Positions 30,420 to 44,406 of a stretch of 64,000 nucleotides of DNA are shown piece by piece; position 1 is the stretch's first letter; each line of letters opens with the position of its first letter. Source of the DNA: Octopus vulgaris (lineage: Eukaryota); contig OX597816.1 of the NCBI GenBank assembly GCA_951406725.2, positions 138,446,001 to 138,510,000 of the forward strand, in the 5' to 3' direction. A program made the position numbers and the translations under genes. The notes below the pieces were generated by a model. It was given only the letters and a program-made list of their open reading frames with translations, was not told where the DNA came from and did no database searches.

Positions 30420-31521
30420 TATTTGGTAATCCTGCCAAGGAATTGAACATATAAACAGAGTACTCTATAATTAAACACGAAGAACCAAAAGGTGAAGGTC
30501 AAATGTAAAGTTGTTTTTACTGTCTTCAAGTATTCGCCAGAAGCGTTAATTAGCGCGATAAATAAACTCATTCCGAATGTCAGACTAAACCACGCTATGA
30601 ATAAATTTCCAATAGATTATGATGCTTCATATATAATTAATGTGGAGTTGAAGTTTTTTAAAATAATAAATATACTATGATATATATAATCCGAATTCCA
30701 CCGAAATACAACGCCTAAGTACAACGTTCATTTGTCCGGTGAAGCTGAAATAAGAACGGGAAAATTGCTGGCAATAACAAATGCTAACATAGAGCCAGGT
30801 TCTTTCTTTTGCTTACACCAAAACATATTTGTGTGTGTGCGTTTTAGGAATTATGGGCTATTGTTTACACAATGCATAAATCAAATGCATACTTTAATTT
30901 TCAGAGTTGTATAAACAAAAAACAAAAACAAATCCTACATAAATTCTGGTTCTTAGCCAGAGCGTACAAGCATCAGAGAAGCTATAGGTTTGTCCTATAT
31001 CGTAACGCATAAATCATAATCTTGAAAACTATATACAACGTTGAAAATACTTTCACCTGGTGAGAGTTGTAATTGTCTGGAGCTGTAAAAACATCAGCTT
31101 CAGCAATTATGTCGAATATTTTCTTGTTTATTCTTACTACTCGACAGAAAATACATAAAACTTGAGATGTTAGGATTTTCGACAACAAATAAGTCAGTAT
31201 TTGTTGACGGGGAGTTGTAGCTGGGAGTCAGTTTTTGTTATTTATATCATCAGACGCTGTGTATAAATTGATTAGGGGGAAAGTTTCATCTAACAACATT
31301 GCAAGGAAAATAGAGAACAGCAAAAATGTGACGCCGTAATTAGAAAACGGTGAGTAATGAATGTATGTTAACAACTTGGCGGAGAAAGTTAAACAAATGC
31401 TTATGTACATATCATCAAAGTGGGTTATGGTTATAAGAAAACCATTATTATAGGGAAATAGTAATATATCATAGATACCGAGACTATAATAATATTCTAA
31501 TAATACTGCTTTCATGTTCAA
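30420..31521 (-). pseudogene. Possible decayed gene for a multi-pass membrane protein (unidentified)
   Basis: ORFs 31228-31521 and 30982-31188 share one frame separated by a single TGA (about 180 codons in AT-rich DNA). A second hydrophobic frame runs about 30830-30420 with two stops. The region is free of microsatellites and SINEs. No family was recognised. Confidence 0.3.
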
Positions 31522-31883
31522 TTACAAGACCACTCATTTACAGAGGGGAGAAAGAACTTGTGTGAACTTAATGTTTTTTAAAGGGTATTAAAGGCTAATA
31601 CGAAACGAATTAGCTTACGCCAAAGTTGTAAAAACGTTTGGCGAATTTAGTTCAGCGGAATATTATCTCTTATCAACACCTCAAACAGAATAGCAAATTT
31701 GGTAGAAGTGGACTTTATAATCGACTGCATCGGTTCATGTATTTGTGATAGTTGTATAAAGGTTCGAAAGATTATATTAGTACCACTGGGAATTGAACTC
31801 AGAATTTAGAGGTGGCGAACTAAATATTTGTTAAGTTCGGTCTCAATCAAAATTAAAGGTGGTATAAATAATTACTGATTCCT

Positions 31884-32120
31884 AAGGCGGCGAGCTGGCA
31901 GAAACGTTAACACGCCGGCCGAAATGCTTAGCAGAATTTCGTCTGCCGCTACGTTCTGAGTTCAAATTCCGCCGAGGTCGACTTTGCTTTTCATCTTTCG
32001 GGGACGATAAATTAAGTACCAGTTACGCACTGGGGGTCGATGTAATCGACTTAATCCGTTTGTCTGTCCTTGTTTGTCCTCTCTGTGTTTAGCCGCTTGT
32101 GGGTAATAAAGAAATAGGTA
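31884..32120 (+). mobile_element. Full-length SINE family A with apparent target-site duplication
   Basis: Family A consensus. GGTATAAATAATTACTGATTCCT occurs both before (31861-31883) and after (32117-32139) the element. Confidence 0.9.
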
Positions 32121-33144
32121 TAAATAATTACTGATTCCTTTTGAAAGCGTATGAAGGACAGCTTTTGTAGAAGCAATTGAAACGATTCGAGTATTGTACT
32201 GGCATTTATTCTATCAAGTGCAGACAACCCAGAAGGATTTATGAAAATATTGTTTGTCATTTGTCAAAACTGTTGTAACAGTTCGTCTATCTTCCTTGAT
32301 AGTATACAGCCTTTTGGTTTAGGTGCAACTTCCTATATTTGTAAGGGACACCACGTTCATGCGTTTCTCTACATGATTAGCTGTGTAAGTGAAATTAATT
32401 TGGAGCAACATAAAATGGACACAGGGTTGCCATCTCAACACGCCAGCTTTCGTTTGAAAGCTTCTTGACTAGATCCAAATATTTTTTTTATATCTAAACG
32501 AGAAAAAATAAAAAGAATGGCGTTTGTGTTTTCTCAACTACGTTATTTGTTTAAGTGCAAAGTTTTATTTTGGAATTGAATAGATGAATTCAAATTTAGC
32601 ACCTCCATTGACTTATGGTACATAATATACTGGAATAGAAGACCTGGTTGTAGGTGAATTCATAATTTGGTAGGATGTAACTAAATACAAAAGAATGGAC
32701 CTAATGCTTGACTGTTTCTATGACAGTATAAAATTCAAGCCATACAAATATTGATTTGAAGATTGGCAGAAAGGCAGACACCTGAAGGCAATACACGTTC
32801 TCAACAAGTGTAATGAATTTACACGTTGTACGAAATGGATCAGTTACACATACGTGGATTCGTTACATACAGTTGATGTTATTTAACGAAGAAATTTTAG
32901 GCTTTTCATAATCAAACGCTGCTGCATCCAAATGTTTTAACAATTGCGAAAATATTAAGCCGATAGCGAAAGATCCAATTAAAGCATTGCATATGTACAC
33001 AACACCCTAAGTTTCTTCGGACCCACCCTGATGAAGCGACCAAATTACTTTCATTTAATTAATCTTTGATATTTCAGGTATACAAGTTTGCGTTTATTGT
33101 AAATACTGGGGACTAAAAGTGTGAAGACATTTTATATTTGTTTA

Positions 33145-33282
33145 TTCTCTTACTTGTTTCAGTCATTTGACTGCGGCCATGCTGGAACACCACATTTAAT
33201 CGAACAAATCGCCCCCCTCCACCGGACTTATTCTTTGTAAGCCTAGTACTTATTCTATTTGTCTCTTTGCCGAAACGCTAAG

Positions 33283-33352
<70 letters not shown>

Positions 33353-33632
33353 GTACACACGACGGGCTTCTTTCAGATTCCGTCTACCAAATCCACTCAC
33401 AAAGCTTTGGTCGGCCTGATAAGTTCTTTTGCCGAACTGTTATGTTATGGAAATGTAAACATACCAGCGTCGGTTGTTAAACAGTCGAGCAATGGGCAGG
33501 GGTGGGGGTCTAACACACACACACATACATACACATATATGTATAGCTGAATACACTTGCCCAAGGTGCCACTGAACCCGGAACCATGTGGTTGGGAAGC
33601 AAGCTTCTTACTGCACTGCCACGCCGGCTCCT
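33145..33632 (-). mobile_element. SINE family B, rearranged or partly duplicated copy
   Basis: Family B tail, body and head in reverse complement, with an internal (CA)n. Confidence 0.8.
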
Positions 33633-33699
33633 ATTCGTAACTTAAATTAAAATTCACAGTTTGTATATTCAGCCTACAACCGGGTTCAGTTCTAACATT

Positions 33700-33896
33700 G
33701 GATTCAAATTTTTGCACAAAGCCAGCAATTTCGAGGAAGGCGGTAAGTCGATTGCATCGTCCCCAGTGTTCATATGAAACTTATTTTATCGACTCTTAAA
33801 GGATGAAAGGCATTAGAACTCAGAACGAGGAGTCGGAAGAAATTCCGCTAAGCATTCTTTTTCTCCAGAGCGGTAATGATTCCGCCAGCTTGCCGT
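33700..33896 (-). mobile_element. SINE family A, diverged copy
   Basis: AAAGGATGAAAGGCA…GAACTCAGAACG…GCCAGCTTGCCG. Confidence 0.75.
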
Positions 33897-34339
33897 CTAA
33901 GATGCAGCTTTAATAACGAAGCCCTTTTCCATGCAAATATGTATGCTTAATATCCAGATTCTGAGGCCCATAGTGCGGGATCCAATTAGAACCTCATATT
34001 GACATGTTGCTGAGCGCGTTTCCTTGAGAATTTTTAAGTAGTACAGCTTACTTCCAGTAAACCTGGTTTTAGTTAATGTGCTTAAGCGTCTACCATGCAT
34101 GCTTGGTGCTGAAACAATGAAAATTTTATAGACTTCCAAATTTTTGATATCAAATCTTCTAAATTTTTCCCCTCTCCGAACATACATGCATGGGTCGAAT
34201 GATGCAGCCCATTTTATGCCGTTATATTAAACGAATTATATAACTATCCAGATTATAAACCTCAATAATTTTAACCATCTAATTCACAATTATTTCTTTT
34301 CTAAATTATCTCATTTTAATCTAAAATTCATTTTCATAA

Positions 34340-35233
34340 TGTTAACTCCCCTTCAGTATCACTTCCTGTCGATGACGTTCTTCGACTATTGCAAACACAC
34401 GTATGATAAAAACATTGCGGCAAAGCTGTGTGATACTGGTGTCAGACGTGGCTTGCAGACCATCATATATCTTGCTTGACCTTGTTTTTATTCTTCCCTT
34501 CCGTTTTATTTTGGCATGTGCATTGCGTTTTTTCTTGTCTTCTGTTTCACAAATTCTGAATGCACATGCGCATTGCGTGTTCATTCTTCTTTTCCGGTTC
34601 CTACTCAAAACTGTTTATAGATCATAACCATCTCACGAACTACGTTGGGATTGGTCGAAATTCAGTTGCAGCCATCACATACGTATGTATGTATGCATGT
34701 ATGCATGCATGTATGTATGTATGTATGTATGTATGTATGTATGTATGTATGTATGTATGTATGTGTGTGTGTATGTATATGTGTGTGTGTGTGTGTGATT
34801 CAGTTTTACTTATAGATTTCTTGCCAATAGGGAAAGAGCCGGTTTCTAACCTAGATCTAAGCCTGGGCGGCTTTTAGGGCATCTCATGTACAACGTTGGA
34901 AGTTCTCCCGGTTTCTGATTGCCCTAGTGATTCTGAATCCCTTACTCTTCTCATGTTGGCTACATTGGAAGCTCTCCTATATTCAGCTTGTTCAGGTGTT
35001 TCTAATGCCCTTGCTCTCCTCTTAGTAAGAGCATTCGATGCTCTCTTGGATGCAGCTTGTTCAGGAGTTTGAAAGTCCCTAAGTATTTGCATATTCTAAG
35101 CATTGGAAGTTCTCCTGGCTGCCATTTGATCTGGGCTTTCATCTGCACAGGACTTTCTTTCCCTCGCTGTAGCCTTGGCTCTTTTGATTGCAGTCTGGTC
35201 CTCTGTTGGCTGAGATTTATTTCTACGAGGCAT
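34340..35233 (-). mobile_element. Helitron-like N-terminal remnant with 23-aa STPR-type repeats
   Basis: From ATG at 35233: MPRRNK…ESPDQMAARRTSNA*NMQILRDFQ-TPEQAASKRASNALTKRRARALE-TPEQAEYRRASNVANMRRVRDSE-SLGQ (23-aa period). A CACAFRICET segment follows at about 34570. The Helitron assignment is an inference. Confidence 0.5.
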
Positions 35234-36774
35234 ACTGCTGCCGAATGCGATAAGTAACAATAAACTACAGAAGAACTGAAAATTTTTGTTGCATTTAAGT
35301 ATTACATTACTATTTAAGCCTATCTTTTAAAAGTACGACGATAAATCTTCTGCCGCCACTTAATTTAAAAGACAGTTTGATGTACGTAGGTCTTTACGTT
35401 TCGTACAAGTCATTATTTCTATTTCATGGGTGGCTTTCGATGGATTTCGCAATTTACTCCGATTATTCCCAAATTTATTTCCAAGTTATAAAAACTGTCA
35501 TATTAATATGCTAACACTAACGTAGTTACGTACGTACGTACCTGTGGTGCGTGTCACACTTAGTTCAAAGGAAGAGATAAAAAGAGAGAAATAAAACTTG
35601 TTAAGCGGAAGTAGTTGAAGTAAGAGGCAAACCAGCAAAAAATAGGGAGTAGGAGGGAGTGAAAGAATGAGAGAGAGAGATAGAGAGGGGATAGAGGTAA
35701 GAGGTTAAACGCAGGAGAAAGGTTAGAGGCAAAAAGACATAGCGGAGGGAGGAGGAAGAGAGAAATATGTTTAGAGAGATAGATTGAGTGAACGAAAGGA
35801 GTGGATAAAGGAAGATAGTGAAAAGGAATGAAGCTATTCTCAGAGGATAAACGCTGAAAAACTTTTTGTTTTGGATGATATATGATAAAGGCATTGTGAC
35901 AGTTATTTTATGCAGTTTGAAAGGTAATTGTATAAAACTTCATGAAAAAATACTTATTTTCCTGAAAGTTATGAAGCGGAAAATGTCAAGTCGTGTGAAT
36001 TTTCCGAAACTCCTCTCCCTAGCCCATCAGAAATTTTTTCCAACAAATCTTAATATACACTCAATCAACAGGATCTAAGCGATTATTTATGGAATTTATG
36101 AGGCAATAAAGTCGGTGAGGTATATATCTGTATTCATGTAATGCCCTTAACTATTCGATAGTTATTAAATGAAGTTACTATTTACAGATGCTTACATTTT
36201 TTTATATTTTCCGTGAAGTTTTCACAGGTCCATCTAGTAAAAATTATTATCGTACAAAAAATATCATTGTGGATCCCAACTTTATGATTTGGGTACTTGG
36301 ACACCCCACGCAAAAAAATGTGGACCGTCAGCAGCCGTATGGACCTCGATTGAATACCAGTGATCTAACTGTTGTCACAGCACCCTTCTAGGAGAGGAAC
36401 ACTGATATAAAACCTGCGGCTTTATATTATCATTTATTGGTCATCTCAGTTCGGGCTGTCACTAGGTACTAATCACAGAGATTCAGAGAGCAGTACTCGT
36501 GTTGTAGAAGTACAGATGTTCGTTTATGGTGACTTCGTCATTCCATCTACCGAAAGTTCTATGGCAACAGAAGAGGAGCGACGTGTGTAGACCTAACAAA
36601 TTGGATGCGTGCAGTGAGCTATAACTTCTATCACTTATGCTTCAAATACTGCAGATCAGCAACGGGATTGAACAGTCATCTGAGTGGTCATGGATCGTAA
36701 GTCATAAATGCTATTGACAACGTGGAAGCACAAGGAAATAAATATACACACACACACACACATACATATTTTTC

Positions 36775-36974
36775 TATTCTTTTACTTGTTTCAGCCATGT
36801 GACTGCGGCCTTGCCGAAGCACCGCCTTTAGTCGAAAAGATCGACCCCAGGACTTAATTTTTGTAAGCCTAGTACTTATTCTATCTGTCTCTTTTGCCAA
36901 ACCGCTAACTTACGAAGACGTAAGCAAACCAATATCGGTTGTCAAGCAATGGTGGTGAGACAAACTCGGACACA

Positions 36975-37028
<54 letters not shown>

Positions 37029-37190
37029 GATATATATATATATATATATACAACGGGTTTCTTTCAGTTTCTGTCTACCAAATCCACTCACAAAGCTATA
37101 GTAGAAGACAAAGTGCCACATAGTCGGACTGAACCTGGAACCATGCGGTTGGTAAGTAAGCTACTTATCACACAGCCACGCCTACGCCTG
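36775..37190 (-). mobile_element. SINE family B copy
   Basis: Family B consensus in reverse complement. Confidence 0.85.
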
Positions 37191-37288
37191 CGCAACAAAG
37201 TTATTTTATTCCACGCGGATAGAAGTATAAGAAAAATAGAAATTGAAAATGCACTAAGAATAGTTGAAATATTTATTATTATTATTTT

Positions 37289-37336
37289 TGAAGCTTTAAA
37301 CGGTTTCGCAGTTTACACTGATTTTCAAAAAGTTCA
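37289..37336 (-). ncRNA. Decayed minimal hammerhead at the 3' end of the decayed PLE
   Basis: Minus strand TGAACTTT-TTGAAAA-T-CAGT-GTAA-ACTG-C-GAAAC-CG-TTT-AAAGCTTCA. Stem I is TGAA-CTTT/AAAG-C-TTCA, stem II is CAGT/ACTG, and the core is two transitions from CTGAAGA. Confidence 0.5.
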
Positions 37337-38995
37337 ATTAGAAAGACGTGGCTTATGTCTCAGCTGTCTTGCTTTTGACAAGTGTTTGATGTTTGCCTTT
37401 TTTTATAGGGAGTTCATGGCTCAAATTAGTATGTGTTTTGAATAGATTTGTATGGTAGAGAATAGTCACATGACTGGTCATAGAAAAGTTTGTAGGTTTC
37501 CCGCTACGTCCGTGCATTAGTATCAGTGCCAATGTTCGGCGTCATAAGTTAAGGCTGACACAGTTGACTGAACAGATCCAAACAATCAATGCTCTGAATG
37601 TTTTATGTCAAGTGTTTGTAGAGAATGAACACATGATTAAGTTTTTAACCTTTTGTACATTTCCCGCTATGTCCGTGCGTTAGTGTCACATGACAGCATA
37701 TTTTGCACCTAAAAAGACGGGCGACACGGTTGAGTGAACATGTTTAGTTATAATCAGAGCACTCCAAATTTAATCTATCCGGTGGAAGAGTGGACACGAG
37801 TCGTTTGTATGAAGTTCAATGGCTAAAATTTAGATTAATTGTGTAGCTTCCTTGACAAGTGGAAGAATACATTTTATGTGTAAATGGATATTTGTGTATG
37901 TACTCTGTTAAAGTTTAAGTCTTGATTTGTACTTTTGTATGAAATTATTTTCTTTGTCTATCCGTGCTTCATGTGTGGTATTCGCTGAACATAGGTAGAG
38001 TGAGAAGACTTGGAATTTGGGAGATATATTTTTTGCACATATGTCTATGTGACCGCTCAGTGGAATCTGTCTAGTACTCGGGTCTCGTATTTGTCGTAGG
38101 TGAATGGTCGGTCAGTCTATTTCTTAGAGTAAGCTTTGTTTGACCTATGTAATCTTCATTACATCCTTGATATTTGATAGCAAATTTAAAATTCTTCATG
38201 TAAAGTAATTTTTTATGGTAAAAGTCTGTATCGATTTGAATTTGTATGTTGCATCTTCAATAAGATTGACACAGATCCCGCAATTGTGGTGGTCACATAT
38301 TTTGGTGTAGGAATTGTGGAACGTAATTTAGCACTTCTAAGGAATTTTTTTGCGGGACTTTGATTGTCTTTATCATTTTGTGTGTTTCGAATGTTTGTTT
38401 CATTCTTGGATCTTCTTTTAGTAGTGGAACATCCTGGTGGATAATATTGTAAACCTCTGTGTTTCTTGAATTGTGTGTTGTAATTATTTGCTGTATCTGG
38501 AGCGTTTTTCATTTTTCGTAGTTCTTCGATATTTATTGCTTTGGCACGTTCTATTCCGTTGTCTATTAGCATTAATGGATATTGTCTTTTAAGTAGTACT
38601 TGCTTTAGTTCCTGGAGTCTCTTATCGCGAGTTTCAGAGTTTGAGACAATTGTGCAGATTCTTCTTATTAGATTAAGGGGATTATTATCCTACGTGTGTT
38701 TGGGATGGCATGAAGAGAAGAGTGATTATTATGTTGAATCTGATTGTCTGTAGTGAATATCTGTTTCAATGATTTTATTTCCTTTGAGGATTAGTATATC
38801 TAGGAAAGGTAGTTGAGTTTTACAGTATTCCAGGGTAAAGTTAATATTATTGTTTATGCTGTTGCTAAGATTTTTGAAATTTATATGTTGTTCAAATATG
38901 TACGTCTATAGGATTAGGCAGTCATCTAAGTAACGTTTCCAGTTTTCTTGTAGATATTTGTGGAAGGTCAAGCCATATATTAATTTAAATTGTTC

Positions 38996-39220
38996 AGGCG
39001 CAATGGCCTAGTGGTTAGGGCAGCGGACTCGCGGTCGCAGGATCGCGGTTTCGATTCTCAGACCGGGCGTTGTGTGTGTTTATTGAGCGAAAACACCTAA
39101 AAGCTCTACGAGGCTCCGGCAGGGGGTGGTGATCCCTGCTGTACTCTTTCACCACAATGGCGGTGCCCCAGCATGGCCACAGCTCAAGAGCTGAAACTGG
39201 AAAAACAAAAACAAAACAAA
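38996..39220 (+). mobile_element. SINE family C inserted into the RT of the decayed PLE
   Basis: A box TGGCCTAGTGG, B box GGTTTCGATTC, tail GGCGGTGCCCCAGCATGGCCACAGCTCAAGAGCTGAAAC. It splits the RT between the PTYAN and RYLDD motifs. Confidence 0.9.
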
Positions 39221-40654
39221 ATACCTCCATGTATGCCTTGACTACATTGGCGTAGGTTGGAGGAACTTTTGTCACCATTGCTGTCCCAGATATTTGTTTG
39301 TAAGTATTGTCATCGAAGTAAAAAAGTTGTTTTCAAGGATAAATTTTAATCTTTCAACGATGAAACTCTTTTCAATTCTGTCCCGAATTTCATGAGGGAA
39401 CTTCTCAAGCCAAAAATTTATTGCCACTAGTCCATATTGGGGTATGACTGTGGTATATAGGTTTACCACATCAAAAGATACACTAGTGGTATCAGTGTTT
39501 ATGGATTTTGGGAGGTGGTTTAACAGGTCCGGGTCGTCCCCCACTAGACTTGGTACGTATTTTAAAATAGGTTTCAGTATTACATATAAAAAGTTGCTCA
39601 GCTTGTGTGTTTCACAAATGGGGCCTTCTACGATTGGTCTACATTTAAGGTCGGTTGGGTATTGTATGTTTATGTAACTTGACATAGTTTTTTTACATGC
39701 ATTCTTAATATTTTGATTTTTATGGATTTGAGGAGACCGTAGAAGTATCTAGTCTTGCAATCAAAATGGGTTAAGCATTCACGTTCTTTGTTAAACCTTT
39801 TTTATGTCTGGGAATGAGTGTGTTCAGCTTAGTGATTGTCTTCGATTTACCTTTTAGTAGTGGGGTATATCTTGTAATATAGATAAGTTATCTCTTTTGT
39901 AGTGTTCAATATCCATAATAACTATTGCACTTACCTTATCTGCTTCTTTAATTATAATGTCATTATTGTTTTTCAGTTCTTGTATAATATCCCACTCCTT
40001 TCGACTTGTATTGGGCTTGATCTTAGGGTGTGGGAGTTCTTTATAGGGGATAGTTGAAATATAATCACAAAATTTATCTAAAGCTTTATTCTTGCCTTTC
40101 ATAGGCTTGTAATTACTCTTGTTTCTTACATTTGAATCGTCCCTGATGTCTTTATCGTACAATTCCTCAGTTAGGCGTAGTTTTCTACAGAACTGTGAAA
40201 TGTCGTTTTGTATTTCACTGGATATAGGGTTTTGCGGTGTTGGGGTAAATTTTAGGCCTTTTGACAAAATATTAATTTCTTCTATTGAGAAAGTTTTTTT
40301 TTTGATAAGCCAATTATCTTCGGTTTTTCATCTTCGGGTTGTACAATCTGGTGTCGAGTACTCTATTGATTGGATCAAAAACATGATTTTTCAAAGTTTT
40401 CCTTTTATTAGTATTTATATATCCGAGGACATTTTCTTTTGTATCGATTTTGTACGTTTGCTATACTGTATTGTGTTTGTTTCTTTTAAGTCGATATTTT
40501 TTATCCATTGTGTATGTCGTGAATATTGAGGAAAGTGCAGTCCAGTCGGAGGGAAAATTCCAATTGTTTTAGTTGGATTATTTCGTTGTCGAAGTAGTCT
40601 TGAATTGCCCTTATGGAATTGGTGACTATAATTTCCATATTTAGGTGTTTGTCG

Positions 40655-41090
40655 TCCGCCCTAATTGTGGGACCTGCATCAAACTTATTGAAGACAACAT
40701 ACAAATTCAAATCAGGACAGTCTTTTAGCGTAAACAATCACTTTACATGTTCTTCAAAGAATTTAATATACGCTATCAAATGTCAAGGATGTAAATATAT
40801 GTGGGGAGGAGCGTGAGGGTGCACGCTTGCATCAATATAGACATACACACAAAACTATTTGACCGCTCCCACACACCCAGATCGCTAGCCACTACACATT
40901 CTTTATTTTCTCTCTTTATTTTCTCTCTCTGTTTCTTTTTGTGTTCCTTTCTGTGAAAGAGCGTAGGCTCGAAACGTTAAAAACTTTTTCACTTCCCGAG
41001 CGTTATACTAATACATCTGTTTGTTGTCTACATCACTTGTCTTCGTCTTTTGTTTTTTGTTTTTTGTGAATTCTCCCCACATACACAACT
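40655..41090 (+). mobile_element. Inverted PLE fragment: Cys linker/GIY-YIG start followed by a pseudo-LTR copy
   Basis: Reads PNCGTCIKLIE…YKFKSGQSFSVNNHFTCSSKNLIYAIKCQGC, homologous to 38160-38290 on the opposite strand. 40875-41085 matches the pLTR family. Confidence 0.8.
40946..40983 (+). ncRNA. Minimal hammerhead motif, decayed CUGUGAA core
   Basis: CCTTT-CTGTGAA-A-GAGC-GTAG-GCTC-GAAAC-GTT-AAAAA. Confidence 0.6.
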
Positions 41091-41469
41091 ATATACTTAC
41101 ACATAGTGCCGCTTCCTACCTCCCCTCCAACAATCTGACCGACTTCCTGTCCACCACGCGGTCGATTTCCAGTCCACCACGTGATCGATTTCCTGTTAAC
41201 CATGTGGTTTTTTTTCCAACTAACTGTCGTCACTAATATACGGTTATACCGACATTATACCACGACACCATGTGACCTTCTTCGACAAATCTCAGCCCAC
41301 CTTACGGTAATAACAATCAGCTTTCATTCAAATTCAAGATGGCTGAAGATTAGCATCACTCTTGAAACTCTCGGAATACAACGAATTTGAATCACACTGT
41401 TTTGATGCACACGCACACCTACACGCACACGCACACACACACACACATGCACACATATATGTATATATG

Positions 41470-41555
<86 letters not shown>

Positions 41556-41560
41556 GAGAG

Positions 41561-41644
<84 letters not shown>

Positions 41645-42178
41645 GTAATTTTAATTTTAGGTAAATTTGCCTTTTATTTCTAGCAGGTCAGACGCCTCAT
41701 TGTAAGGATTTGATGCTTCATCAGAAACAGCTTTGCAGGTTGTACTAATGACTCCAGATTGGCCATGTTCCCCACATAATGACCTGAAGAACTGTGGCAC
41801 TTAGGACATAAACTGCAGATTGACGGAATTTATTTAATAGCTCAATAAAATTTTAGCAGCAAATAGAATAAATCATGTTTTGAAACATGTATAAGAGTAT
41901 ATTATGTGTCTATGTGTATGTGTGTGTATGCCTGTATGTGTGTGTTTGCCTGTGTGTATGTATGTGCCTGAAGTAGTGTGTGTCTTTGCGTGCGTTTGTA
42001 TTTGTCAGCTCGTTTCTAAATTTCCATACGCGTACTTATTTGTAACCAAACTCCCAAATGTCCTGATTGACACTGAGTGTCATATGTATTAACGACTGTT
42101 TGCGTATGCGGATGTATGTGCGTGAGTGAGAGCGTATATGTGCATATAGCGAACGCGTGTGCATGTATGCATATATAT

Positions 42179-42245
<67 letters not shown>

Positions 42246-42251
42246 ACACAT

Positions 42252-42310
<59 letters not shown>

Positions 42311-42461
42311 AATGTATATATGTATGTATGTATAAATGTATATTCGTATACACCACTATACACAAGAATATATAATCACACATTGTGTGCGTGTGTGTGT
42401 GTGTATATGTGTTAACATATATTCTAGCGTATATGGGTGTATACGAACGTATTTACGAATA

Positions 42462-42540
<79 letters not shown>

Positions 42541-42661
42541 GCGTGTGTGTTTGTGTGTGTGTGTGAGTGTGTATTCATATATGCATACTTGTATACGTAT
42601 ATACATACAAATATAGATACACAGATGCCCATACACTCAGATATACAAAGATACGTATTTA

Positions 42662-42714
<53 letters not shown>

Positions 42715-43338
42715 GCATGTATGCGTTTGTGATTGCGTCTCTATGTGTATCTATATCTGTGCTTTCTTGTGTGTCTATGTGTCTTTGCGTGCGAATGATA
42801 TTCGGTGTATTTTCATTTATAAAGCTGACGTTGATCAAGCACTGTTAATGCCAGCTGTCGGCTCGGAATGAACATGGCGTATATCTTCAACTACATCGAC
42901 TACTGTTAACGTCAGTTGGCGGCGAGAAGTGAACATGGATATATATGTTTGAAAATATATCAGCACCAATGTTTTATGAGTTCTCTGGTCATGAATATTC
43001 AATCACAGCCTGTCATAATATTGGGGAAATTAATGGTTGGAAACATTATATAAAATTTGAAACAAAATCAATAACACTTAAACATTACTGACGGCATCCA
43101 TTCTGCTATAAAAAGAATTAATTTATATTCTTCACCCCCTTTTCTTCCTCTTCCTTCTCTGCCTTTCACTCTGTGTTTCATAAATGCATGCACACACATA
43201 TATATGCACATAGACACACAACACATACACATAGACACACACACATATGCATAGAAATATATATCTCTACACATATATATGTATGTATGTATAAGAAAAT
43301 ATAAATATTATAAATATGTGTATTTGTGCGCGTATTTA

Positions 43339-43382
<44 letters not shown>

Positions 43383-44406
43383 CAAAATCATTTACAGCGG
43401 AAACTTCTCAAATTATTGGTTTGGGTACCGCCATGCCGATATACTTTTGCATATGGTTGGAATCGAAATTAAACACAAGATTGTAGACACATACATAGAT
43501 AACACACACACATACATATACAGATATGTGTGTATGTTTAGACAATTAGTTAGATTTATTAAAGAAATATATAGATGTCTGTTTGCGTTTGTGTCTGTAT
43601 GGTTATTTGCGCGCGCGCGTATGTATTTAGAAATTCCAAACCAAAATCGTGAGTCATATGGTTCGCATTTATTTCAACATTCGCCATGTTGAATTGTCCT
43701 CTGTATGAAGTCTATCTCTGTCATGTTGAAGCTCATTCATCTTTTGATGTTCAATTTTGCTGTTGTCATCCACTTATAAACTGTATGTAGGGGGACTACC
43801 ACTACATCTTTTTGTTTCTTTGTTGTTATCGTTTTTGCTTCTGTTATTAATGTTGTTGCTGTTGTTGTTGTTGATAAGCATCAGATCAGCTCTGGTTTAC
43901 CAGGACTATGTTCAAATACTTTCTAGCTGTGGCCATCAGCTCGTTTTTAAGCTTATGAAAGGACTCTGTTACTAATATGCACGTCTCTTACTTAAATCGT
44001 TAGGATATAATTGAAAAGGACGTAATTGCTTTTCTAACTGTACGAGCGACCGTACAAATACTCACTTAGAATTAGTGCTGAACGTCTTGATCAAAGGTAT
44101 TTAAAAACGGGAAAACTGTCTTTTATGTAACGTGTCTAAATTTTCCAAGCTTGTAGGGTAGAATTGGTTAATTTCTCCTGCGAGTCAGCAGTCGGGTAGA
44201 CATCTAATCATGCACAAAATGCCCAGAGAAATAATAGATTCAGAACTGTGCGAGTGTCTCCTGGTTAAAAAACACGTATCTGTTCTTACTTTAGGAACTA
44301 ACGCTATATTTGTGCTTGAAGTGGTCAAGCTCTGTTTCATGTGTGTGTGTGTGTGTGTATCTGTCTGTCTATCTACATATATGTCTCTCTGTCTATGCAT
44401 GTATAT

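Larger units (their letters stand above)
37200..40600 (-). mobile_element. Decayed AT-rich Penelope-like retroelement (RT plus GIY-YIG), with many stops and frameshifts and a SINE insertion
   Basis: Fragments in order: LSKGLKFTPTP, IIKEADKVSAIVIMD, RPIVEGP…SFDVVNLYT, MVTKVPPTYAN, WKRYLDD (about 38930), NCGICVNL, QGCNEDYIGQT (about 38150). Stop at about 37909, then a 3' region with tandem repeats and a decayed hammerhead. Confidence 0.85.

Noticed and set aside
33020-33050. Isolated CTGATGA
   Set aside because: No stem II or GAAA follows.
38996-39070. tRNA gene
   Set aside because: A and B boxes are present, but the sequence continues into a SINE body and tail and does not form a clean cloverleaf.
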